Shown here in pieces: positions 24,569 through 35,357 of a DNA stretch of 64,000 nt. The position numbers and the translations under genes are program-made. Source of the stretch: Tubiluchus corallicola (Eukaryota > Animalia > Priapulida); NCBI GenBank assembly GCA_030141605.1, contig JAQGDQ010000026.1, positions 992,001-1,056,000 on the forward strand, in the 5' to 3' direction. Positions within the stretch are counted from its first letter, which is position 1. Each line of letters starts with the position of its first letter. The notes under the pieces are model-generated. The model saw only the letters and a program-made list of their open reading frames with translations, was not told the origin of the DNA and made no database searches.

Positions 24569-27500
24569 TAAGGCTGGATATACATAATTTTAGTACTAAC
24601 AGTGCCAACAACTTCACCATTCTCAGCAATTTGTACGTCAAATAAAAGGCGTCAATATACTCTCTTCTTAAGGATTATTTAAAGGAAATGGAATTAAAAA
24701 CTTAAGGTGTAAAATAGAACTATTTTTCATCCATTCACTAACACGAGTATGGAAATTTCAAATTTTCAGGTAATGCATTGTATGCTCATAGCAAAACTAA
24801 TAAGTCTTTAAAGTTCAATAATCTCTGCTGGCCAAGTTAAAGCTCAACAATTTCTACTAGCTGCTAGTACTTACTTGAACTGACTGAGGATCCATTATGG
24901 TTGAACAAATTATAAGTAAAATCATCATCTATGCGTTTCCTCTTGAGACCTGCTGCATTGCAGTGGTCAGCCATTTCACCAAGAATAACACAAAGTCGTG
25001 AAAATATAGGTGGACTGTAAATATACAACAAGCAAAGTAAATAGCAAAAACACAAATATGCCTAATACAACAGACTGCAGCAGTTCAGTACAACATTCAA
25101 GAAAATTTACTGGGCAATTCCACGGTTAGTAACATTATATCTTAGGGATGTTATCATGTTTTAAATAAGAGCCATTTCTTTATCTATTGATCTATTAAGT
25201 CTCATTCATGTTATAATACATCAATCTAGCCTAGACAGGAAAGAATGTAAACATTTCATGGAATAATAATGAAGAAAGCATTGCTTTTAATGTCGGTTAA
25301 TAACATTACAAAAAAGGACATAAGAAATTAATGAACATCTTTGAATGAAAAGTTTCCTAAAATGGAATATGTCTCAAAGATATAAATGTCCCTCTAATTG
25401 TAGAATTGCCCTACACATTTTCCAATAAAAATTTTATTCAACCAATCACGTACAACAAAAAGAGCAAAAAAGTCGGAACAAGTAATACACAATTTTGTAC
25501 TGCAATTACAGACAATAAGAAGGTGGGGGACAGGATTGTCTGCAAGGCCAGCGCTAGATAGTCTGACGACCAAGGCAAAAATATTTTTATCACCTCAATG
25601 GTTAATCCATTCCTCACTCTCCAAAACCGAATTTTTCTTGTAATTTAGTGTAGTTAATTTCCTATCTACCACTTGTGTTGATTTGAATGTAAAATTTAAT
25701 TTGTGACCCCCTATACATGTGGGTGTTTAGAAGCAATCAAACCTCTGCAATTTCTGTTACTTTTGGCTATAGTTTCCCTCAGCCTTTTTGAAACCACAAG
25801 TCATCTTTTTCACATATACACCCATTTCACTAGCTTCACCTTCACCATAACTCTGGTCTATTGGCACATACTTCAATAGCAAATCTTTTTAATGTTCAAC
25901 ATTGCCAGTTGCAATTTTTCCCACCTTTCATTTCTTGTAGTCAATTCCTGAAAACTTCGATGCTTATAAGTTTATCTGTCATAATTACACAAATGCTATG
26001 GTCTGGAAGGATGATTTACATTTTTCAACTATATATGTGTTTATCTGTTAAAAGGGGGTACTACACCATACATGGGCCTATACTGACTCATTACGCAATA
26101 CAACCAATGCAGGGCCTTGACCAGAAAAGGCACCTACGTATGGCTATCCAGAACGGGCAAGTGAATAGGAGCGCCTTGATGTGGCTGACCAAAATACGTA
26201 ACTGATATGGCTTACCGAAAAGAATGAACAAGCAATTTTTCCAGCACATGGCTACATATAAGTTCACATATAACTTTGCCTGTGTGCAGGGAAGCTTACA
26301 CAAGGAGATATAAGCTTGCTTTGCTTTAAACATCAGAGGTGACTGCTTTAAATCAAAAGCATCAGTACTAGGCTAATTTTAAATTATAGTTAAACTAAAA
26401 CCACACAGTTACTAATACTTAGCTTAGTTAAACATCTGTTCTAATTATTAGGCAGGGCTGAATTTATAATGGAAAATTTCACAACATAAAGTGCTTTGAA
26501 TAGCATAAAGTGCTATGCAAATCTAGAATTGCGCAGCAATTTTGCAGTTTTATGTAGCAGTTTACAATACTACAAAAACAAAAAAACATGAAACAGAAAT
26601 GTTGCCGTGGTACTGAGTCAAATTTGACTATTTAATAAAAATGGAATTAATCAGATCAAATTGTCATAAATATAGAATAAGGCTTAGTTACCAAAACCAA
26701 AGATATTTATCAGAACTGTTCAATATTGCAACTGATTAAAACAAAGTTTCGTTAACTTTGGTACACAGCTGCTTTCTTCAGCTATGCCATCAAATAAGCA
26801 CTATATTAGTGCAACTAACATTTTCCTTTTTATATATGAATAAAAATCCGTTCGCAATAACATGTTAGTGATCCTTACAAACAAAGTTAGTGGGCAAGTT
26901 GGGAACACACCATACCTAATCTAGTTTCGGCACATCAGGTACACTTTGTTCAAAATACCAGTGGCAAACTTGATGGTTTTAGTTTATACATAATAAACAC
27001 TGCACATAATATATTCTATAGATGAGCATAAAAATTTAACCTATGATGTATTTTACAGCAGTAAGCAATGCCACAAAAATTAATTAGCAGCAACTGTGAT
27101 GCAAAACTATGTAGCACCTGGCAAAAAATGTGCAGCATTTTGCACTGTAATACCAGATAAATTTAGCTCTTTTAATATCATGCAATTTACACTTTCTTTC
27201 TTCTGAGCACTTAATTAAAAATCCAATGCAAAGTTAAACTAAATTATTTTTACTTGTACCACTTGCTTAAAATTAAAGTTAAATTAGACCCGCAAGTGAA
27301 AGTCGAAAGTGATACATAGCAACATACTTTAATGTCTTTTAATGATTACATACAAGTCACGCTATATAACTTGCTCAAACTGAGATCTATGAAGTTGACT
27401 ATGAAGAGCTCTTCTGGCATATCACACTGTCACACTGTGACACATTAGTGACTATCATCGTCATAATTATACTATTATGTCTAATGTAGACATTGAACAG

Positions 27501-28631
27501 GCAGAATTTTAAAATTCTAAAAACAACAACCCCCAAAACAGGTAAACACAGCAATAATTCAGCAAAAAAAACTAGACACTGCTATGCCAGTGGCTTGTCA
27601 GTACCACCTTCGTTTGAAGTGACTAATGCAAGCTAACAATTGTTGCCATATCTGCTTGATAAGTAATGATGTCAAAGTTGAAACTGCAAGCCTCAAAATT
27701 ATTATTAAGATCTGTGTATGATCAAGGATAGTTGATTTCATAATTTATGTCTTTTGCTGCAAGTCCTTCCCATTTCTTTGGTTATTTAAAGCAAAAGCTA
27801 AGTTTTTCAGGAAGTCTTTCCAACTCATTCAAGTCTTTCAGTTTATTTTAATATTTGAGAAAAATGTTAGAAAGTTGCAGCCATGAAGCTGTTATAAGCA
27901 CCATACGTAATTAGTAAAATCAATTAAAAGTCCCGATTACTACACGCTTGGGCGCGCTCATTTTGAACGAAACATGGTGTCACCCAGTTCCGGTGCAATG
28001 TAAACACTTTTTCTGCCATGTGCTTCAGCAATCTTTTTTTGTCTTACAGAGCAATCTCTGTAAACTAAGTAACCCAACCAAGCATATAGGTACTACATGC
28101 TGACAAGTTTGCTGGCGTACCTGAAAATCAACAAAAATCGATAAACTAATTATTTACACAATTACGTATACTACTTACACATTTTAAGGCATAATCCCGT
28201 GGATTCAAGTTAACCACTTTAAGTTTGGTCATAATTGATCCAATGACTAATTTTTACTTAAACACAGTTAGAAACAATGCTAGATTGAATAACGGAATTT
28301 CTTAGTGAATTGCAGAAATTTTGCAATGCGTACCTTGACCACAGCTTGCCTTCAGCAGGGTGCAGACACCAGGTTATGTCGTTTTTTGAAATATAGTGGC
28401 AGCGATATTCGTTTGGAGGAGATAAGAAATATTTAAATTTCTTTTACATTTTTAAACAAGGCATTTTACGCACATATATTGTGTGGCAATTTCAATATTT
28501 TTAATTATATATTGATTTGATATTAAAATGTAATAAATGTTGTTTGAGAATTGGTTTCTCCTTAAAGTTGTACTAGTCTTTTATGTATTTTTTATTTGGG
28601 ATGAAAAATAAAATCATAAATGATTTGTGCA

Positions 28632-29254
28632 TAGGGTTGCCACCACTCCTGATATGGGCCGGTGTCTCTTGAAATTCAGCAATACATCCACAGTTCGGTC
28701 AGACTTTTGAAAAATCTCATGATTTCGACCATCACATTAAAATTTAAGAAGAAAAAAATGGAAATTCAAGTACAGCTTCCATGCTAATGAACCGTTGCAT
28801 GAGGCTAAGCTAAAACAGCAGATCTTTGTTAAGTAAAATAGTAAAGTTATGTGGCTTCATCATTTAACGCTGTCTACATTTTTTGTCAACTTTTTGCTGT
28901 AGCGGCAAGTGCTGCAATGCAAGAATTCTTTCGGTTTAGCTCTAATTCACTTAACGCAAACCACTATATCTCCGAGACATCTCAAAAACTGTATTGGAAC
29001 TGGGAAGGAACTCCAAAAATTGATGACCTATGCTTACACTTCTGTACACTCCAGTTTTAGGCTTTTTACTTTCAGAGTCTAAAATCAAGAACTACTTTGT
29101 CGTTTATATTTCTTGATTTTTTACCTCTGAAAAAGAACTCGTAAAACGTCTAAAAACACATGAAATGCGTTGGTTTCCGGTGCCATGTCCCAGCCTCCAA
29201 AGCTGGCTCTAGACTTAACTCCTGATTTCGGTTCGTGACGAGGTGGCAACCTTA
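28632..29254. mobile_element. hAT-like MITE
   Basis: TIRs TAGGGTTGCCACC / GGTGGCAACCTTA; TSD not evident. Confidence 0.55.
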
Positions 29255-30379
29255 TTAAAACTGTGGGCTCTTTGAATAAGATTAGAAGTAACCCAGCAAA
29301 TCCCTGTTTGCTTTACAAATGGATGTGATTGTAAATATTGAACCGTAAAATAGAAGATAGGTCGCCTCGAAGAACGTACATCCAGTGTTAGAAGACGATC
29401 GATTTTGAATTATTTTCATTAATATTATATTATTATTAATCATTTAATTACCGTTCTAAAGCTGTGCAAATACAATATATTTCGAGACAACTGATCAGAG
29501 ATTATAACTTGGGGATACGTATAAACAAATTTAATCAAGTTTTAGACTAGACGCCTACGTTCAGACCGTCCTGTCCATAAACACCGTCTTTACCGCCAAC
29601 CATCATCATCATCATATTCCCATTACGTGTATTGTAGACATTATATATTGCTGTGTTTACCTATCTTAATGGCAGATTTCTTTTATTTTAGAGTTCTGTG
29701 TGCCCAATATCTTACCGCCAACCAAATCATTATAGCAATAAGCACAATGGCGACAATCTTTGGATGTTCTTCACTCGTCCAAACCGCACGCCGGAAAGTT
29801 GACGGATATTGTCAACGACTTAGCCACTGCAAGGAGGTTTTATATACCGAGTTTCTTGAGCTACTGGATTATTGCGGTGAGCATCGAACGTTCGAATTCG
29901 ATTCTAACCTATAATTATAAATTCGAATATGTCAGCACTTCAACCACATACGTTCCTTATTATTAAAACATTTGAAACTTCATGCAATTAACACATTTAG
30001 TTGTGATTTTTCTGCACAATTTTTAAATAAATTATTAGTGATTTCACTGCATAACAAAACTGAATAATATGCAGATTCTCTGTAAGACCACTTTCTACTG
30101 GCGTTCGACAACTTGTTCGAAAATTTTTCAAACAGAGTTTAAATTCGAACTCGAAACATTGAGATTCAGTTCAATTCAAGTTTAAACCACAATTCAAGTC
30201 ACAAAATCACTTCGATTCTAATTCATTTTTTGGTAGAGAATGCTCAGCCATGCAGTGGCTAGTAATTAGTCAAGTCTAGCACATAAAGTCAGAGTGGTCT
30301 AACCTAGACTAGACTATCCAATTCCTTTTTTTCTTTACTGTAGAAAACAAGTTAAAAAAGCTTCTTGAGTTTCTAATAA

Positions 30380-30720
30380 TTGAAATTTTCTGCTAACCAA
30401 ATGTAGACGGCACTGATGATGACAGCATATAAAGCTTATGTTAGGCTCTTATTAGAATATAATACTCAAGGTTAGAGTTTTTACCAATGGATCCTTACTG
30501 ATTTTTTGCTGCAACATTTGCTTGTTGATGCAACATTATTTTCTAGACGTTCATTAATTCATTGTAATCTAAAATGCATGAACTATGTAGATGAATAATA
30601 ATATTAAAATTTCCGGTCGTTGGAAGAACAACACATTATTTTTTTATTTGAAGGTGTCATATAAAATCTATCATACTGCTTTGTTGATTCGCAGTTTGCT
30701 GTCTTTTCTGCTTGCACCCC
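30380..30720 (+). mobile_element. Decayed CR1-like LINE ORF2 C-terminal fragment
   Basis: AYKAYVRLLLEYN motif at ~30425-30463 (LYxxxVRPxLEY type), followed by broken frames. Confidence 0.45.
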
Positions 30721-30995
30721 ATTCCAGTAAATAAGTCAGTATTTTCTTTTTATTGTAAAGTCAACCACCCTGTTTGATAGGCTATGATTGGTGGAGGTGA
30801 GTAATTAAGTGCGGAATTGACAGGAGCGATTGCCTTACAAAGTACATTTGAATTTACTTAAGAAACATTATTTAAGTTATATATAAGCTTGAGGTAATTA
30901 TGCTTAAAATTTTGCAAAATTGGATATTATAAAATTAGAAAATTATATATCAGTGGATTTGGTGTGGTGTAATATAATGTATATATTATAATGTA

Positions 30996-30998
<3 letters not shown>

Positions 30999-31026
<28 letters not shown>

Positions 31027-31255
31027 CTTGCATACACATATATACACATAACTGTGTACTCATATAAATATATAATCATGTACGTGCTATACACCCAAGT
31101 ATAATATGCACAGTACTGTGATTTAAGGGAAAGAGGAAAACACACTTCTATAATTTTCGATTATATGACACTGCTGCATATGACATGGCATGAATCGACT
31201 ATAAAGATTATATAAGAATGACACATGGGATCCATATACAAACATATATACAAGC

Positions 31256-31288
<33 letters not shown>

Positions 31289-31326
31289 GTATATATGTAT
31301 GTATGTATATATGTCTATATATATAT
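30999..31326. repeat. (TA)n / (TATG)n microsatellite cluster
   Basis: TA runs at ~31000-31026 and ~31256-31326. Confidence 0.85.
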
Positions 31327-31399
31327 GAGAAACAAGATGTTCTTAAGACCAGAGATTTGATTTTAATTTCATGAGAAATGGATTTCCAAAACATGGGAG

Positions 31400-31535
31400 T
31401 TGATACTTGAGAGAACTTTGGGAACTGAAGGAAGTATTGTCTGCACGCAATCTCGTGTCAAGGTTAGTACAGCTTGGTATGTCATTAATGTATAATAAAA
31501 ATAGTAAGGGGCCCAGGGAAGAGCCTTTTGATTTA
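31400..31535 (-). mobile_element. LINE reverse-transcriptase fragment
   Basis: KGSSLGPLLFLLYINDIP...RADNT, a degenerate QGSxLGPLLF/YIND/ADD RT core. Confidence 0.7.
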
Positions 31536-32675
31536 GTTAGCCTCATAACAGTGAATGGTCTTCCTAATATTCTGGATTAAGAAGACATAAGGATAGTTTC
31601 AAAACTTTCACCAAGATTTTCCAACTCGAATTCGATCTAAAAAACTTGTTTGCTCGAACAAATTCAAATACATTCTAACTGGAAAATTTGATTATCACCC
31701 TGTGTTCTTTATCAGGAAGCAATTTGAATCGAATTGAATTTGTGGCTTTCGAGCGCGAATCAAACCAAATTTTGAGGCTTTGATTCCGTATCAACTTCGA
31801 CTTCAGTTGTAGATATTTTTAAATAGATCTTTGAGTAATTAATAAAAAGCAGTCTCACACAGATCCTGCACATTACATTACTTGAATCTATTCTGCATTT
31901 AAAACCTTAATTCATTTGAAAATTGTGTGCAGAAATTAATGCTAAATTGCTGCTTCAAACGTTTTCAAAGTACAAACCTAGCTGACGCTACTCATAGTAC
32001 AAAGAACACAATGATACTTTCATATCATTTGCGCCACCACCTATATACTAGGGTCCAGCATCACATGTTTTTAGTTCGAATCTAAAATAAAATTTTCGAG
32101 TAATTCAGCACTTCAGCCGCATACATTCCTTGTCATTAAAACGTTTGAACCTTCATGTAATTAGGACAGTTTAGCTGTGATTTATGTGTACTTTTTTTAA
32201 ATATATTATTGGTGATTTTATAGCAGAACAAAATTGAATAATATGCTTAATTTCTGTAAGATCGATTTTTATTGACCTTTCGAAAATTTATTCAAAATCT
32301 TTCAAACAAAATACGAATTCGATTCGAAATATTGAAATTCGATTCGAATTCAATAGTTACAAATTCGATTCAATTCGAATTCGCTTTCTGGTAGAGAATG
32401 CTTAGCCTTACTATATATTAGAATATTCAACATAAAATAAAGCATCCAGAGCAGATTCGAGCTGTAAGTAAGTAAATTTTAATGATAAATATCGTATGTA
32501 GTTGAAGACCTTAGTTATTCAAATGCATAATTTTAAGTTCGGCTCTCACTCACGAAGCTCAAAACTTGTGGAAAAGTGCCAAAGAACCGCAACCGCAACA
32601 AAGCTGGTCGTACTAATTGCACTTTACTTGGCAATGTATTTCGTATATCACGAAACTCACGCTCGCAAAAACAGT

Positions 32676-33590
32676 TGTTGGGAGCCGTTTGGTCCACTGC
32701 GCCAAGTAGACCAATTGGTCTACTTGGGCTGCCCAAGTAGGACACTAGAGACAGGTCGTGAATTCAGTCGTTAAGTGTACTGACACCGTCCGTTGTGCTT
32801 GTTTATGTAATAATAATAATTAAAAACGTTAATACACGTTGAATAATTTATTATACATCTAATAAAATAAAAGAATTTCATTCTGAGCTGGTAGAACGGA
32901 CTATATTAAATTTGGTTTCGATATTAATGTTGTTGAAGTGAAAAAACCCCACTTTTTTTGCGAATTCAACATTTGTTTAAGGTATATCATTTTTGATTTT
33001 GTCTCACTTCACAAACAGGTGATCCGTTTCACTACCCCTTGGGCAAATAATTGTTTTCTTATAAGTAAACGTTCTAGCGATCTATATGTCCTACATGGGC
33101 TAGCGAGCCATGTAGGACAGTGCCCTACATGTTACAATACTACTGATAATATTAAAACTAATTATCCTTGCTTTTCTTAAATGTTAAAAATTATTTTTTG
33201 GTGTTGTGAAGGCTTAGTAGCAGCTGTCTCATTTTTAAATTTGCAATTATTTCTGTAATAACTGTGTGCAGAATTTCTCTCTTTAAAGAATTAGATACTA
33301 GGTTTAATGTTATGATATATTAATGGAGTTAATTATAATGATGAAATTATTGTAAGAAATGCATTTGTAAATTGCCAAGGAATATCCATTTCTAAAAGAA
33401 ATTTTGTTTTATGCTTTATTATGTCATAACAATACTTATAAACAATGGTAATATAAACTGGAAACAAGTTTTGCCAGAGCAAGTTTCTCGACAAAAATCG
33501 CTAGTGTCCTACTTGGGCTGCCCATGTAGGACACTACTTTTAGCGCATCAAGTGGTCTACTTGGCGCAGTGGTCCAAACGGCTCCCAACA
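32676..33590. mobile_element. Non-autonomous TIR element with TGT..ACA ends (Ginger-like)
   Basis: ~38-bp TIRs TGTTGGGAGCCGTTTGG(T/A)CCACTGCGCCAAGTAGACCA with one mismatch; flanks ACAGT / TCAGT (4 of 5 match); no coding capacity. Confidence 0.7.
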
Positions 33591-35143
33591 TCAGTGTATA
33601 TTTTTTAATTTTTTGGTTGAAAGTAATACGTTACAATAAAGTGATAAATCTTCTAATAAATGGCACTTATTGTCAGCTAGTCATTCGGTCTCTGCCATCT
33701 TTCTCGGTCAGTTACACGATAGTTCTATAAATTAAATATTATAATAGTACAAGACATTAGGACATTCAAGACTAAAGTATGATGCAAATTTTTGTACTAC
33801 TACTAGTACGATTAACGAGCACGCTTAGCGAAAATATTGCCTTTACTTGTTTTAGTTTTTACGTAAAATCCCACAATATAATTGAACTTTTCGAGAACAC
33901 GCTCTAACTTTTTTTTAGAACACGCTTGTTCTCTTCAGATAATTATATACGTGATTTATTTACATAAATTGTGAACGTATATTTATATAATATCGCTAGC
34001 AAGTATATAATTTCAATAAATGTAATGAACAATCTAATGTAGTAAATTACATTATAGTGTTAAGACTGTGTAGTTATGTTGTTACTGTATTCTAAAGAGG
34101 AAAGGAAGCACTTTTTCAAAATGTCATTGTTTACAACTGTTCAATGTTTTTTTTATAAATATATTGTAAGCTTGTATGCTTCTTGACATTAAGAATTTTG
34201 TAGTAGCTTAAACAGTGTTTTTTGTGATAGATCTGCATGATCTGACCTAATTGGAATGACTGTTGTTTACAGTTTCTCTTTTTGAGTTTTGTAGGCAGCT
34301 TGGATAACCTTCACATATCAAGTTCGATGTTTTTAAATTGCTTAATGATTAGGTCATGAGCTGTTAAAAGCCTATGCTTGAACTTATAGGGAAAAACAAA
34401 TTTTAAAATTAGTTTCGTGTAAAATGTAACTACTTTGGTGCCTTTGCTTTTTGGGTAGGCCTAGTTCTTTCCAATAATTTTCTATTATTTTGCACATGCC
34501 TTTCCACCACCATACCAAAAGCCCTAGTATAATAAAATAACATTCGGACACAATTCTGTCTTAATCTGAGAGACTAATCTAAATTGTAAACTACGCACTT
34601 TCTCAGTGTGTTTTACAAATCAGTTTATGGTCATTTGATAGTAATTGTGTTAGCTGCTTATATTATTAATAATTTAATGAGATTTAATAACTTCTATTTA
34701 GTTGGCTTTGAGATTAACTGTTAACATGTAGATACCCAAACGCTTATCTTAAACTTATCACAATTTACTTATGATCAATTTACTTATGGTAACAAATTAT
34801 ACCTGCAGTCTTGCACCTGAGGCTCCTTTATTAAATTGGTGTGCTTTATCAAAGAACCAAGATTTTATTGGAGTTGTCAAATGACTGATAAATACCAGTT
34901 TTAGTTTTGGAAAAGTGTTTGCGTTTTGTATCTGTTTTATATTTACATACATGTATTGCTTTCTTATTGTTGCAGGAGATGCTCTTGTTTAACCTTAGTG
35001 ATGATAGGTGCAGTGGGCCAGAGAAGCCTCTTGATTTCAGCAACTTTGAATGAAGCCTGACACGACAGCTATGTCGATTACAGAGTGCATTCAAATGATA
35101 ATATCATTAAAATATCGCCAAAATATTTTCAAAGAACTAAGAC

Positions 35144-35357
35144 ATGGTTGGACATGTTAAGCTGAAGCGTGTACTTCTGATATTGCTTGTAGCCTTAGTG
35201 TTTTATTTAATACGTAGTTATGAAAATGATCCACTAATGTTTGTTGAGGGTGGAGAAAAGGATGCTTTAGCCAAGGAGCTCTTGCTAGCAAGAAAAAATA
35301 ATTCCATAATTAATTTTTCGCAACAGTCACCTTGTAAACTATATCCGTCTACTGTAG
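35144..35357 (+). CDS. GT7 paralogue A coding exon 1 (signal anchor and stem)
   Basis: MVGHVKLKRVLLILLVALVFYLI...CKLYPSTV G|gtaagt. Confidence 0.88.

Larger units (their letters stand above)
17190..28410 (-). other. Putative spliced transcription unit of unknown nature (lncRNA, decaying gene or small-ORF gene)
   Basis: Series of minus-strand AG/GT-bounded segments: ~28410-28334, 28120-28048, 27888-~27609, 25947-~25822, 25014-24875, 24411-24317, 21896-21737, 20348-20266, 20075-19975, and a terminal exon from 18277 to AATAAA at 17208-17203. No long ORF and no recognisable homology; inferred from splice signals only. Confidence 0.5.
29960..32410. repeat. Three diverged copies of a ~280-bp TTCGA-rich repeat (29960-30250 +, ~31700-31965 -, 32130-32410 +)
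   Basis: Shared text ATTAAAAC.TTTGAA.CTTCATG.AATTA ... TGGTAGAGAATGCT.AGCC; the middle copy is inverted; a related fragment lies at ~60630-60780. Confidence 0.6.

Noticed and set aside
19975-27888. Stop-codon reassignment as the cause of in-frame stops
   Set aside because: Neighbouring conserved genes have no internal stops and terminate at TGA and TAG in the expected places
17190-28410. snoRNA host gene explanation for the orphan unit
   Set aside because: No properly spaced C (RTGATGA) and D (CTGA) box pairs found by eye in the minus-strand introns; H/ACA RNAs cannot be excluded without computation
32718-33533. Repeated palindromes as a CRISPR-like array
   Set aside because: Only three copies with ~370-420-bp spacing, inside a TIR element in eukaryotic DNA
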